A stretch of DNA of 64,000 bases from Carcharhinus amblyrhynchos (lineage: Eukaryota), in NCBI GenBank assembly GCA_965287045.1, contig OZ336876.1, positions 5,146,001 through 5,210,000 on the forward strand, written 5' to 3'. The first letter of the stretch is position 1. Each line of letters starts with the position of its first letter. Shown piece after piece: positions 1-14,179 of this stretch. The notes under the pieces were generated by a model. It was not told where the DNA came from. It ran no database searches and saw only the letters and a list, made by a program, of their open reading frames with translations. The translations under genes were made by a program, and so were the position numbers.

Positions 1-1464
1 GGTCAATATCATATTATTTCCTTTAAAATTATTTTGCTATACAAAACATCTTGACAGTCTATTTTAATTGTTGATGCTAAAAGCGACGCATTGCAGTCAT
101 CATAGGGATGGAGAAACTATTAAGCAGCTAATACGGTTTTAGACAGAAGACATAAGGCACTACCAGCAAAGCGTTAAATGATTTTTGAATTAAAGATTAT
201 AATGTAATGAAACAAATAATTTAAGCATCTGTACGTACAATGAGGGAATTAAAAAAGAAATTATGATTTTAAAACACATATTCTGATATTTCAAACACAT
301 TTTAATTATTGAATGAATTGTTATTCATTTCAGCCAAAAGCAGGTTTTTGCAAAGTATGTTTTTGCAATGAATAGGGAATTTCATTGTCCAGGCATAGAA
401 TAGATACCTTTCTGAAAGTAGGATCTCATGCCTATTTAGTTTTGGCAATGAGCCGCTGGAGATGTCCATATTGACCTCAATGACGAGCAGTCTTATTTGC
501 ATAGCAAAAGGAAGGGAGTTCAGCCAAGATAGGAGTCAGCATCCAAATGAAATGGACGAATGAGAAATTATTCTGCCCGATGGCAAAATGCAATTTGCTG
601 AGTAATTGGTCAAGAATTATTATTGATGTCCGTTTACTCAATGTAGTTGGTTTTAAATTAATATGAAGCGGGAACTATCAATAAGAAAATCTATAATTAA
701 TCTGTATTTGACAGGACACAGTGGATTCATTGGAGAAGTTCTGCCACTCTATTCCAGTTCTGCGTTTTGTGATCTCGAGGAACGGTTTGTCGCTTTATTT
801 TTGTTTTAAATAAATGTTATATCTTCATACTGAGGTATCTGCCTCGTGAGTCTTATATTGTCTGTAGCTAAAGATAATATTGGCCACCTCAAATTATTTC
901 AAACCACCTCAACATAGTATAGATGATGTGGTAAAGTCAGTGACTCAAGTAATAACTTCATCAATGTCAGGTGGCCAAAAGATAAGAAAATCGGAAATTC
1001 ACTGACTCAGCTTCTCATTATAATGTACAGCTCCAATTTTGTTTGATCAGCTTATTGTTAGGTTACTCGGGGCATTGAGTGACGGTCAAACCCCTACATT
1101 AGCACAACAGTTTGTCTGTTGCGAAAAAATATTCCTTTAACGCTGTATAATATGTCGCCATTGCGTCTAATGGACACAATTTCTGCCAAGACTAGTTTCA
1201 GGAATATTGTTATTCCTTTGCTCTACGTGATGTAGTTGTCCACCAACTAATGGAAAACGCATTACTAAGCCACACTTCTCATGTGAGGTAATCGTGATGG
1301 TCACCACATCAGCTGCAGAAATAAGAGAAAAAAACAACTTTCAAATTCTTCGGCATCTGAGATGTGTACATTCAATAACTGATTGCTTCTGTATAGCTTA
1401 GCTGAATAGATATTTTGGAGCTGCTTTGACTTGATTGAGTTTTACTTGTGCAAAGCCAACTAAC

Positions 1465-2369
1465 TTATTTAATAAAACCAGGGATGAGAGCCAGGGGGCG
1501 CATCATTATATTTTTCAATTCGGCCCTAAACTTTCTTTGGGAAACTGCATAAATGAAAGTGTTTGTGCAAGAACTCAAACACCTAAGCATATACCCTGAT
1601 AGTTCCGCAATGGTGAAAGAATCATTGTAATCTGTGTTTAAAAATTGTTCATCTGTGAAATTAACACTTATGAAACAGATAAAAATAACCATCCATAACA
1701 ATAGAAAGGTGCCCGATATGACAAGCAGCAAAACGATGGATTTCCTTCTGTTGTCCAGCTCGGGATCTGTGTGATTGTCAGATCTCTTTTGTCCTATGAT
1801 GTCCTTCCGTATTCTATTGGCCAATATAATGTGCCGGATTGTTAGTGCATTCAGCAACATTATCAATACAAACGGTGTGAAAGGTGTCAAAATAGTGTCC
1901 ATCCAGAAAAATGCTATCCATATGGGCAAGGTGTAGAAGTTTGTTTTTGTATTACACGACCATGGTACGTTGTCAATTACTTCCCGAGGTTCATAAATGA
2001 AGTAGACTGGAAGATTTTCTAAAAAGCTTAAACAGCACACCACTGCAATTACCACATAAGCTGTTTTCTCAGTGCAATATTTAGTCCTTACGTTTTGGAA
2101 ACAAATCGAAACAAATCGATCAAAAGTGAAAGCTACAGTTAGCCAGACAGACCAATCAATCGAAAGGAAGAGCAAGGCTAGATTCAGACGACAAATAGAA
2201 GTTACATTCAAGAATGTATTTGAGAAATATGCATCTTGAATCTCATACAATATTACGTCGAAGATCATGACCATTAGATCAGCCACTGCCATGGCCACCA
2301 GGTAATGTGTGATGCATTTGGAGAGACCACACTTTCCACGGGAGAGTATCACGATTGTCACCAAATTTG
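1465..2369 (-). CDS. GPR139-like class A GPCR, gene G1, exon 2 (spliced CDS 975 nt, 324 aa)
   Basis: Uninterrupted 7TM ORF with LxxMAxADL (TM2), SVWLTVAFTFDRF (TM3), NLPVYF (TM4), PF..LN (TM5), DPELDNRRKS..FLLLW (TM6) and SCTNTFIY..KFR (TM7/H8). Acceptor tttttctgcag| precedes CA-AAT-TTG (phase 1, A-N-L). Confidence 0.9.
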
Positions 2370-3525
2370 CTGCAGAAAAACGTACAAACATATCTCAAAT
2401 TTTCTGGTATCAAAGATATGTACAATTAATATCTAACCGCTAAAACATAATGGATATTATTTTATTCATTCAGTAGTCTCTTTCAAAATCAGACAATTGT
2501 ATAGAAATCCTAAGGAATTCCTTAAAAAAAGTCTCATTTCATTCTGAATGATTCGTTAGAATTGTGTATTGTCGGATTGGTATTAAGGGTTATACCGTAT
2601 TGCAAACACACGGAACATCGGCTAAGAAATAAACGGTTTACCATTTGGGGAGCCCGTCAAAAATTGGATGCTCCATGGATCAAAAAAGGCAATTTGTAAA
2701 AATATATTTCTCTGGCATAGATGAATGGACAGAAATAAATATGGTATGCGTGCGGTTTGGGAGCGATGGAGGTGGGGATGGCCCCTGTGGGCGGGGAACC
2801 GCGAGGTCACCTAACCTCATTGAAACAGTGAATTTCTTAATGGCTATTGATAATCCCGATGTGTCAGTTCCATTCTTTGTCAGTTTAACATGCTGAATGC
2901 AAATGTGAAGGAATTTTTTTTCCCCATATGAAGTACCACTTTAAGTTGTATTCTTTGGTCAGCAAAAAACAAAAAACAGTTTTTTTGCCAATGATTGAGT
3001 TCAGTTTGCCGTTGTCCAAGGAACACGGACAAAGATCATTGCAAAAACAATTGCATTTAGCAATAAAATGACTATGTACCATCAGGGATCGAGATTCGGA
3101 ACGTAACAACAGCAACTGTAATTCTGCATTCATTTGTTAATCACTTCGATATGCCTAACTCATGAAAATAGTAACAAACAATGTGATATAATCCCGGCAC
3201 TGAACCGTATGATTTTAATGAAACCATTGTTTAAATTTGAAGCACATGGAAACATAGTTTGTAGAAACAAAGCTGTCTGACTTTTGGAGATTAAATATAA
3301 TTGGAGTTTTAGAATTTATTGATTCCTTTTTCTGTGGTGACCTCTTTCCTTTAGCTAATTGCAAACATGCAACGAACGAAATTGGACAGATGAGTTTAAA
3401 TGTATCGCAAAAACGAAGTGTTAATTCATTTTTGTTTTCATCTGCCCATGTCAAATAGAATAATACAAAAATGTCTGCAAAAACACAGCAGGACTGCCAG
3501 ATGAATGGACAGAAATAAATATATT

Positions 3526-3757
3526 AACATAACATAAGAAATAGGAGCAGGAGTAGGCCATCTGGCCCTTCGAGCCTGCCCCGCCATTCAATAAGATCAT
3601 GGCTGATCTGTCGTGGCTCAGTTCCACATTCCCGCCCTCTCCCCATAATCCATAATCCCCTCTCTTATCAAAAACCCATCAACCCGCGTCTTAAAAATAT
3701 TTAGCGAGGTAGCCTCCACCACTTCAACGGGCAGAGAATTCCAGAGATTCACCACCC
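3526..3757 (-). mobile_element. 5'-truncated CR1-type LINE 3' end
   Basis: Near-identical to 56889-57131, including the cataagaa tail. Confidence 0.85.
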
Positions 3758-3804
3758 TTATGCGTTTTTGTTTGGGAGCGACGAGGAGAAGAGTTAATAT
3801 TTCA

Positions 3805-3975
3805 TAGAATAATACAATCCCGACCGTTTAGTCCATCGCGCCTGCACGAAAGCATCGAAACACAATCCCACGCCAGCCATCCCCTCCATTCCATCCCTGA
3901 CTCACGCGTTTACCAGGTCAAATCCATCCACACACATTTAGGCACTGAGGGGCAGTTTAGCATGGCCAACTCATC
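3805..3975 (-). mobile_element. HE1-like SINE, 3' fragment
   Basis: ggggcagtttagcatggccaa and the catagaat tail match the other SINE copies. Confidence 0.55.
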
Positions 3976-5771
3976 ATTTCGGGTCTAAATGACGGCCCCG
4001 CCTATTTGAACGCCTTTCAAAGTTACATTCCATTCTTGAAAGAATAAAGGAGCATCATGACTCTGACGTGCAATCCATCACAACACCGTGAGAACAAGTG
4101 CTGAGTACGCGTGGCCAATTCTCTCTGTAACCGTGCGTCCCAGATTCAGATTTTCTTTCTCAGTAAGATGTGGGAAGACAACGGAAAATATAGACTAGAT
4201 TTCTACTCAAGTTGCTCTATTGCAATTGGTGAATTTAATCCCTTGAATAGATTGCAATTGTTATCACCGGAGAATTCAACTTGACAGACGGGATGAGATT
4301 GACTTTCCTTTTTCTGGCCAGGAATCCTCAATAGAATATGATCGCATGTTATCTCTTTCAGGTCTTTTTGAGATTCAGTTCTTTTTCATTCGGAAGAAGC
4401 TGAACAACAGACAAGAAGTGGCAGGGTGCATTTGGCTGTAAAGGCATCCCTTTCTCCCTCGTATGTCGGGACAAATTAAAGTATAGCTGCTTTATTGACA
4501 CTTGCAAACAGAAGTTATTGCATACTTCCTGCATTGAATTTTACAGCAGGAATCTGCTAGTTTTCGGATATACTCCATGTGAAATTTTACTGTGCCTTCT
4601 CAGTCCAAGAAACACAAAACACCTAAGATATAAAGACTGAGATTTGCCCAATGCTTGCCAGATATGCCATGACTTGGATTTAGACTTGCAGCTGGCTAAT
4701 AGTAGCTGAATTAATTTTCATGTTAATGTGAATATATTATTCATGTATCTCACAGGCTCCACTGGGAAGAGGCTTATGACAGAAATGGACAATCACACAT
4801 TTGATGTTGCACAACTCATCGAGAAGTGCTAAGCAATAAAATATGTCCAATTACATCGCCTGCCAGCTGGCACATACTGGCAAGTGCGCCTCAAGATTTC
4901 CGATGGCAACAATGACAAAATAAAAGTAACTATTACCCAAATCAAAACATAAGCGGCCGTTGTCGTGTAGTTACTTAAGGCGGCATCGGAAAATAGATGG
5001 CTCTAAATGGTCGGGTAGCCGGAAACACGATATATACATATCATGAAATAACTTCAAATTGTTCTGGAAATGCGAAACTCAGCAACTGCTACATGATAAT
5101 GCGATTGGTCAGGGTAAAAAGCATTCAATCACTTTCTATTCAAATAAATGACAACTCGCCTGTACTCTAAAATAAGCTGCCCATTAGCTCTACCCTTTAC
5201 TGTACTGCCGTTAAAGAGTGATTACAGTTGCGGAGTTCCAGCAACTGTAAGTCTTGTTTAGTTGCTGTTTGTCGGCTGGAAGCGCCAGCAAGACTTTTGG
5301 TAGGAATGAGGAAATATTTGACTCGAATGCTCATCTGGCTTCCAATTGCAGCTTCATTCAGGATGTTATTTCAGGGTGGCTGCATTGAACCAAGTGTGCA
5401 TATTTGTTCGAATTTCACTTCTCAATCATTGGCTTACAATGAAAAAGACGACTACTTTAAAATGTAAGTTCCGATTTTAATGCTTGCTACAGAGGGAGAA
5501 AAACAATACGAATGCTCATAAAGGCTGACCGGTGTAACTTTGTCGCCAAAGATCAATAGTCAGAACAAATTGCAATTAATCTCAGTTAATTAATGTAACC
5601 ACATAAGACTAACATGCTGCCATTTACTCAGTGGTACTTCAACGCCTCATGCCCTAGCTGCGAATAGAATACATCGAAATAAGGAGATATTACATTTCCT
5701 TCTATATCAGGAAGAGGGAAAGAAAAAAAATCTACGATGTATTTTGATTTCCACAGATTAATGCATCTTAC

Positions 5772-5841
5772 CAGGCACTCCAACTATTGCAAGAATTGGG
5801 TAATAGATGTTTTCTATCTGTATGATTATTGGTAGCCCCAT
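5772..5841 (-). CDS. Gene G1 exon 1 (MGLPIIIQIENIYYPILAIVGVP+G)
   Basis: ATG at 5841, then 23 codons plus 1 nt, then donor G|gtaag. Encodes the first half of TM1 and splices in frame to 2369. Near-identical to the exon at 46778-46847. Confidence 0.85.
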
Positions 5842-5906
5842 ATTCAGATTGACGTGACGCTGTTCCTCAGAAAAATACAAATACTCTGCTTTCAAAATAA
5901 GTGTCG

Positions 5907-5995
5907 TATTTATACCAGAGCAAATCTTTAGCGGCATTTTAATATGGTCCCATGGCTGGCATTAGTGTCAAATCGTTGAACAAACAGATGAAGCC
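5907..5995 (-). promoter_or_regulatory. Putative G1 promoter: TATAAATA (5907-5914), O/E-like TCCCATGG, TAAT and forkhead/E-box element (5976-5995)
   Basis: TATA box ~66 nt upstream of the ATG. The 20-mer ttgaacaaacagatgaagcc is 18/20 identical to 24467-24486 upstream of G2. Confidence 0.6.
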
Positions 5996-6469
5996 TTGAT
6001 CACTGTTGATAATACGGGTACAATATCATGATTTCCTATTCCCAAAGTACAAAGAGAGAAAATATCACTTTAATTGGTAATCCCAAGCAATATATTTTCA
6101 CAACAACGATTCTACAATAATGATCCAACTTCAATTTGGACATATGTTTAGATAAATGTAAGGTATTGGTGAGAACAAGTGTGCATTATTGTCATATATT
6201 GCATTACTGTCTGATTTTACTTATTAACGGTCTAACCCTCTTCTTCATTGCACAAGTATATGTGTAAGTATAATGAGACACAGTACTGTTTGTGAGATGG
6301 CAGAATACTCAGGTAAACACGGCGGGTGTTAATTTATGAAGATTAACAGTCCCTTAGATGTGTAGAAATCTGACACTCTGGATGTTATGACATGCCTTAA
6401 ACAGAACGAAAGAAGTGTTGAAAACTATACATTTAGCTTGATTCATTGATACGGATTGAAAATAGTTGT

Positions 6470-6900
6470 GGTCCAAGAAATGAACTCTGCCGGAAGCCGC
6501 TAGTTACAGATTGACAACTGGAGAATGATCCATTTACCCCAATCCACTGTTTTCAATCAGTCAGTAAATCTTCAATCCAGTCCAAAACACCCGCAGCTCA
6601 ACCCCTTGAGACCTAACCTTCTGGATCGATATTTTGTATGGCACTTTATAAAATGCCTTCTGGAAGTCCGGACAGATTATATCCACATTATCTATCTGGC
6701 TGGTTCCATCCTCAAATAACTCTAGCAGATTTTTCAAACAAGACTTGCCCTTCAAAAGCCATGTGACATTTCTGAATTGAGCTTTGATTTTCCAGATGCT
6801 CCGTCCCCTCCCGCTTCCCTGTCACAGATGTAAAGCTGACTGATCTATAGTTTCCCACATTTTCCCTCTCTTTTCTTGAATTAAGGCGCCACATTAGCAT
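6470..6900 (-). mobile_element. Degenerate CR1 LINE RT fragment
   Basis: GNYRSVS, GKSCLKNLLELFE and DFQKAF motifs, with frameshifts. Confidence 0.8.
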
Positions 6901-7789
6901 TATATCCTTACTAAATGATATATTTTAAACCTTTTGCAATCCCTTTTCCTCTCAGCAATGTACCTGAGTCCTCATGACTTCAATACTTCTCTAAACATCT
7001 GTCAACGTCCTTTCACCGTTCTCCCCTTTGAAACTCTTGCCCAGTCTTCCTTGGCCCGCTCTTCCATTAGGCCTGTATGATTACCCAATGCTTAAGTCAT
7101 CTCACTTCCAATCTGAATTTCACCCCTTCCAAGTGGATCTTTAACAATAAGGCTATGAACTAATCCCTCTTCATTACACTAATTGCAACAAAGGGAGTGA
7201 AACCAAAATTCACCAAATTGATTCCCAGCATTGATCGTTTGTCTGATAGCACATGAATTAATAACTTGGTCTCTATGCTGTGGCGCTCATAAAAAAATAA
7301 TTTATTGATAAAAAAAACTGAGGACAATGCACAGCCACCACCCACCCACCCTCACACTCCTGCCAGGCTAGAATCATTGCATCCCACCGTAAGAAAGTAC
7401 TGATTTCCGAGCTTTTTTTCTAAATTTCAGCCGGAAAATCCTCGATGCATGCAATATGTTGCCCGCCCAACTTAATCATCACCCACCCCCACCCCCTCAA
7501 ACACACACACGCACAAAGCATGCTTACTTCATGAGCTCTTAGTTGCACATAAACTGTGGACTTGGATTGTTGTCAAATACCTACTTGACCACACAAAGTG
7601 ATACATACATGGACCAGTCAAGCATAGCATCCATCAACATTCCTTTCCAAATTACGTTCCTGTTTTCTGGCTTCACTTAACTGTAGTTGTATTCCAGTGT
7701 CCTCTATTTCCCACCGTATTTTATTATTCTACCACCGGGTTCTGTCAATGTTCCTCAAGTGTGGATATTCGTTGATATTTGCAGATCAT

Positions 7790-8580
7790 TCCCCACGATT
7801 AAGAGCAAAAGGGATAAAATTGGTCCTCTTGAAGATCAGACTGGTCAGCTATGTATGGAAGCAAAAGAAATGGGGGAGATATTAAATGTGTTTTTTTTGC
7901 ATCCGTATTTACTAAGGAAGCTGGCATAAAGTCTATGGAAATAAGGCAAACAAGTAGGGAGATCATGGAACATTTTCAGTTTAAAGGAGGGGAGCTGCTT
8001 GCTGCCTTGAGGCAAATCACAGTAGATAAATCCCCAGGACCGGACAGGGTATTCCCTCGGACCTTGAAGGAGACTAGTGTTGAAATTGCAGAAGCCCTGG
8101 CAGATATATTTAAAATGCCAGTATCCAGGGTGAGGTGCCGGATGATTGGAGGATAGCTCACGTTGTTCTATTGTTTAAAAAAGGCCTAAAAAATAATCTG
8201 GAGAACTATAGGCCCGTAAATTTGACGTCAGTAGTAGGTAAATTATTGGAAGGAGTATAAGGGATAGGAGCTATAAATAATTGGATAGATAGGGACTTAT
8301 TAGGGAGAGTCAACATGGCTTCGTGCGTGGTAGATCATGTTTAACCAATCTATTAGAATTTTTCAAGGAGGTTACCAGGAAAGTGGATGAAGGGAAGGCA
8401 ATGGATGTTGTCTAATGGACTTCAGTAAGGCCTTTGACGAGGAGATAAACATACTTCCAATTAAAAAGGGATGAAGGCATATGGGGAACAGGGGTGAAGG
8501 TGGATTTGAAACCAATGGAATATCAGCCACGATCTTATTGAATGGCGGAGCTGCCTCAAAAGCCTGAATTTTCCTACTTG
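7790..8580 (+). mobile_element. CR1/HER1-type LINE fragment (ORF2 part joined to a 3' end)
   Basis: IGPLEDQ, KSPGPD, NYRPV, GRSCLTNLLEFF and DFSKAFD motifs, then an abrupt jump to a 3'UTR-like sequence at ~8441. Confidence 0.85.
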
Positions 8581-8789
8581 TGTACCTAATTCACATATTT
8601 CATAGCTCAATATTGCATTTTTATCTGATACACCAATTCAATTTTGAAGCATTTGGGTTTTGTTGCCTTTTTCAGGTTGTTGTTCTGTGCTGCCACATAA
8701 TAAATATTAACTGGCTTCTGCACATCTGTCCATGTCTTCCTATAGTTGGTTACTACTTTCCTTATTGATCCTCATATTTTCACATATTT

Positions 8790-9050
8790 CATGGATGGAT
8801 GGAAATGTGGATGGATGGATGGATGGATGGATGGAAATGTGGGTGGATGGATGGATGGATCATTGGATGGATGGATAGTTGGGTGGATGGGTGGATGGAG
8901 CGAGGAATAGAGGCCTCAAGTGCAGGATAGAGGGATAGATTGAATGACAGATTGATGGACGGAGGAAGGAAGTGAGGGAGGGAGGATCTGTGGGATGGAG
9001 GATCTGAGGATGGGAAAGGAGGGGAGAGATGGCCAAAGGATGGAGAGGTA
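8790..9050. repeat. (GGAT)n microsatellite and purine-rich low-complexity tract
   Basis: Visible tandem GGAT units; explains spurious ORF 8789..9193. Confidence 0.9.
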
Positions 9051-10020
9051 ATTAAAAAGAACATAGTACAAAGGAATGAGTGCAACAGGCTAGCATTGGC
9101 AATAGACAAAAAGGGGTGAAGCAGAGTGAGCAAGAAAAATGCAATGAGAAAATAAGAGTGAAGATGGAATAGATATGATATAACTTGATCCAATTTAGAA
9201 AGAGGGAGACTTCAAATAAGATGTCAAGAGGCCAACATTTGTAAACACAGCTCGCCTTGTTTATTCTTATGACCTTTTAACCGAAATCAGATGTCATCAG
9301 ATGGAGGGATTTATTATGGGAATAATAAAGAATTCTATCCTATGAAGCTGAAGGTGCTGTTGCTAATGGTGTAGTGTGAGAAATACAGGAATGCTGAATA
9401 GCTGAATTGTAGTAACTTAGAAATCGGTGGACGTTATGCTTTCTTTGGAATATTTTGTCACTATTTAGGGAGTTATATGTAACAGACTTAAAGAGGTACG
9501 GCGATCTGTCGTTGATGCAGGAGTTCTAGGTCTAGGGAACGTTGTTTCAGACGCAGGGGTTACAGTTGAGTAGGATTGTGAGAAGTAGTGTAATTTTTAA
9601 GGCTGCAAGAGCTAACAGTACAATCAGCAGTGATGGACGAGTTCAGCAGCATACAGAAAGGGGGAGGCACATGACAGACAGTTAACTAGGTTACACGAAA
9701 CAGATAACCGCAGTGATGAGATTAAGCGCAAAATGGGAGTTGAGAGAGTGTTAATTGAAGGAATGACACAATACAAGCCATTTACAGTGTTTAAAGTTAA
9801 CAAGGTTAACAGCCAAATAAGGGGGAATAACACAATACAAGCCATCACAATGTTTGAAAAACAGTATAAAATGTGCTGCAAATCTATGTAAGGTGTGCCT
9901 ATTTTGACTAGACACCCGGTCTTGCAAGAACGACAAATAAAATCTTGCTCCTTCAGAACTTGACTTGACTAAATTGTTTAACTGTGAGCTGTGTTTCTCA
10001 CAGGATATAGTATATAAAGA

Positions 10021-10861
10021 AGGCAGATGGAGTATAATGTTAGCAAATGTGATGTTATCCACTTTGGTAGAAATAATAGTAGGAGGGATTATTATTTAAA
10101 GGGCGAAAAGCTGCAGCATGCTACGGTGCAGAGGGACCTGGGTTTCCTTGTGCATGAGTCACAAAAACCCAGCCTGCAGGTGCAGCAGATGATCAAGAAG
10201 GCAAATGGAATGTTGGCCTTTATAGCGAGGGGAATAGAATATAAAAGCAGGGAGGTCTTGCTGCAACTGTACAGGGTACTGGTGAGTCCGCAGCTGGAGT
10301 ACTGTGTGCAGTTTTGGTCACCGCATTTGCGAAAGGATATATTGGCCTTGGAGGGAGTGCAGAGGAGGTTCACTAGGCTGATACTAGAGATGAGGGGGTT
10401 AGCCTATGAGGAGCGATTGAATAGACTGGGTCTGTACTTCTTGGAGTTTAGAAGGCTGAGGGGGGATCTTATAGAGACATATAAGATAATGAGAGGGATA
10501 GATAGGGTCGAGGTAGAGAGATTCTTCCCGCTTAGAAAGGATAGCAGAACTAGAGGGCACAGCCTCAAAATAAGGAGGAGGGCAGTTTAGATCGGAGTTG
10601 AGGAGGAACTTCTTCACTCAAAGGGTGGTGAGTCTCTGGAATTCTCTGCCCATTGAAGTGGTGGAAGCTACCTCACTGAATATATTTAAGTCACGGGTAG
10701 ATAGGTTTCTGATAGACAAGGGAATTAAAGGTTATGGGGAGAAAGCGGGAAAGTGGAACTGACCCACTTCAGATCAGCCATGATCTTATTGAATGGCGGG
10801 GCAGACTCGAAGGGCTAGATGGCCTACTCCTGCTCCTATTTCTTATGTTCTTATGTTCTTA
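10021..10861 (+). mobile_element. Young 5'-truncated CR1 LINE (RT C-terminus plus 3'UTR)
   Basis: Open 187-aa ORF (QRDLG, KANGML, LEYCVQFWSP, RRLRGDLIE) and a (ttcttatg)n tail. Confidence 0.92.
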
Positions 10862-11330
10862 AGGAGGGAGAAAAGTTTGTAGTGCTCTAGAGGATTACGG
10901 AAATTATATTTTTGATGATTTCATGAGCAATCAAAGACATTGCACTTTTGGTGGCATGGTGCGTAGGGGGAGAATAAAAATATAATGTAATTATAAAGAC
11001 TTTAAAAGCGGGTAGGGATATGTGTTCTCTGGAAGGATTGAGGTTACTCAAATGAAGAGAGTATTTCCACATTGAGGTGTTAACATATAGAAACATAGCA
11101 GATAGGAGCATGAGGAGGTTATTTGACCCTTTGAGATTACCCCCCAGTCATCCAACCCAACAGCCTAATCCTTCTTTTTTACACATAACCTTTGATTCCA
11201 TTCGCCCCAAAAAGCTGGGAAATATTAGCAGCATCTGTTATGTTTAGAAAAAGGCGAATGGAGCAGTTTAAGCGACAGAGTTAATGAGAGTTGTAATTCC
11301 GGAGAAAGCTGAATGGATATTACAGTGTGT

Positions 11331-11645
11331 GCCACAGAGGCACAGCGGTTAGCACGGTTGCCTGTTAGCGCCAAGGACCCGGGTAAGATTTCCGGCGTGG
11401 TTCACTGTCTGCCTGGTGTTTGCACATTCACCCTGTGTCCATGTGGGTTTCCTCCGGGTGCTCCGATTTCCTCCCACAGTCCAAACGAATGTGGGTTAGG
11501 TGGATTGGCATGCTAAATTGCCCCTTAATGTCAATGGACTAGCTATGGTAAATGCATGGGCATAGGGCTTGAGTAGAGTTGTGGTCTTGCAGACGCAAAG
11601 GCAGAATTGCCTCCTCCTGCACTGTAGGATTCTGTGATTTTATGC
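11331..11645 (+). mobile_element. HE1-like tRNA-derived SINE
   Basis: A/B-box-like head, gggtttcctccgggtgctccg core and ctgcactgtaggattct tail. Confidence 0.8.
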
Positions 11646-12878
11646 CATAAGTAGCGAAAATTGTAGAGGTTGGAGAGGGTTACAGCGGTGTGAAGACCTA
11701 CACAGTGCTGACAGGCCATAGAAGTTGGGAGACTTGTGAGGAAAAACATTGCTGGAAGAGAAAATGAGTGTTTTATTGATGAGAGTGTCTACAAGGTGCT
11801 ACATGGGCTGAAGGATTCTAATGATTTAATGAGTGTTTCAGGGGTTGTTAATCGAAGCGAGATAGGATGCAATAAGTCAATAAAGCAATTATGTGTATTT
11901 TGTAGGAAAGGTTTGCTGGATTGCAATCCTTCACAGTTCAGTAAGGTCTTGGTTGATCATCAATTTGACTTATTGTGATCCAGGGACTCAAAGCAGCAAA
12001 GATTTTCAGAGAGACGTCTGTAACCGAGGGAGGAACTCTCAACATTACATTAGCCGAGGTTCATAATTTTGAAACAGGAGATCTCCCTGATGGTGTGAAA
12101 GTAAATTTTGACACCAACATGTGTGAAACTATTTGAGACAATCGGCATTTCTGCTGTTTTATTTTAGCTCCAGAAACAGTTGGCTCACTCTGGATGTAAT
12201 CTCTCTTACCCTGCCCTTTACCTGTTCTTTGGGAGAAATCAAACGGGCCATTCAACAGGCCGTTGAAAGTTTATTTTAATAGAAACAACCAGTAGGGGAA
12301 GAAATAAACATGTGAATGACAGTCATAATGCTTATTCGGAGAGGCAATAACAACTAGCAGAAAGAAATGGGAAAGAATAATCGACCAATAATTCCAAATG
12401 CTAATCTCGTCAATTATATAATGTAGGTAATCATGGATATGATCAACAATTAACATCACATGGCTGACATCAAAGCAATATTTTGGCTTGCCATTTTATT
12501 TCTCTGTGCGGCTATGAGGTGCTGAGAGTGGACTTAGTCGATGTGCAGGACAAATGTTTCCAGCTATTTACACTTCCAAACCTGTTTGGATGCTGTGAAT
12601 CCATTTCAGGTCTCTTTAGTCCTGGCTCCATCAAGTTCATCTCTTGTCATTCACTGACTTATTCTCGTCATGGCTGACTTCTTTTGACCATAATATCTCT
12701 GGTTCTCTCCCTCACTCACTTTCTAAGGCAGTTTATTGTTACAAGTACTTTCCATTACCTCCTACCACCGTCACATCTTGCTTACTTTTAGCTAGAAATT
12801 TGCCACGTTGCTGCTGACAGGGACACATTATTCCCATCACTCACAGGCTGGATAGTTGGGCTGTTTAAAACTGTTGCC

Positions 12879-13765
12879 TTAATCAATGTACTGAGCAATC
12901 CATACAAATGGATATTTTAACATCCTCATTATCTCAGCTCTGAAATTGGGCTGTGTCACCACATAAATAAAGGTGTTTGTGCAGCAGCTAAAATTCCGCA
13001 TCATAATGGTGACTGACACAAATATTTCATAACCATTAAGATCTAAAAATGAATTTAGCGCTCCAGGCATGTATAACACATACAGAAACCACAGAAGTAT
13101 GAAGTTGATGGATATGGCAAAGAGTAAAATAATAGACTTCTTTCTACTCTCAATCTCTGGATCACTGTTTTTTTCTGCCTTGTTCTGATCCTTCAATGAT
13201 TTGCGAGCTCGGCTGACCATTAAAATGCGTCTGAAAATCAGCCCGTTAAGGGAAAGAATTACAGCAAATGGGATCAATGGTGTTAACACCATTGAAAACA
13301 TTGTGAATACATCCCATCTCGGATCAGTATAGAAGGTTTCCTTATTATGACAGTACCACGATACATTGTTGATTACTTTCCAAGGTTCAAATCTGAAGTA
13401 ATGAGGCACATTTTTCAGACAGAACAGAATGGTTATTGTTGCAAGAACTACACCCGCAGTTTTATTGGTACAATATTTAGCTTTCAGCTTCTGGGACCCA
13501 ATGGCGACAAATCGATCAAAGGTAAACATGACAGTGAACCAGACAGAGCAGTCTACGGCTATTTGGAGAAGGACATTGACAACACTGCACACAGGGGTCA
13601 AGTCCAGGAAACCAACTGGGTAATAATAGAACCGGAACCGTTTCAGCATGATATCAGTGATAATAACCATCAGGTCTCCGGCTGCCATGGCCACCAGGTA
13701 ACGAATGGTGCAGCTGGAGAGGTCACACTTTCCCCGGAGTAGGATCAGAATCGCCATTAAATTAA
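12879..13765 (-). CDS. GPR139-like GPCR, gene G2, exon 2 (spliced CDS 954 nt, 317 aa)
   Basis: Intact 7TM ORF (DCSVWFTVMFTFDRF, DPEIESRKKS, SCCTNTFIY). Acceptor ctctctacag|TT-AAT-TTA (phase 1, V-N-L). Confidence 0.9.
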
Positions 13766-14179
13766 CTGTAGAGAGAAGGGAACAGAGCATGGAAATGACA
13801 CATCAACTTTCATTTACATGTTATATCATCGCGTTTGGATGTCCCTTATCAGGTCAGCCCTTACTGTGAATGTCGACTTGTCCTTGAGAAGGTAATGGTG
13901 AGTGCCCTTTTTGAATTGAAAGCGAGGAGGTGAGAGAGAGAGAGAAAGGATGATTTAGACATAAGACTTCAAACTGAGGACTAGGAGAGTCGAAGGCAGA
14001 TTGATCGGTAAGCTTTGGTTAGTTTAGAACCACTTTCTTCCATGCTAAAAGTGAATGGTAAATATCCATTTGATTATGACGTTTACCTATATCCCCAAGA
14101 GTCAGCATGTTCTACCTAATACGTGCCATTCGTCTTCTTACACTTGTGTGTCAAACTAAGACTGTAACATTCCGTTACA

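Noticed and set aside
2370-2391. ORF-track start codons for the GPCRs (2391, 13790, 28795, 42581, 60727)
   Set aside because: They lie in intronic sequence upstream of the AG acceptors, or (42581) are a non-ATG codon inside exon 2; the real starts are in the micro-exons.
8789-9193. 134-aa ORF with HPSI repeats (also 41040-41531, 49554-49930, 55359-55811)
   Set aside because: Translations of microsatellite or low-complexity DNA.
13347-13742. Plus-strand ORFs overlapping GPCR exons
   Set aside because: Antisense shadows of coding sequence, with no independent signals.
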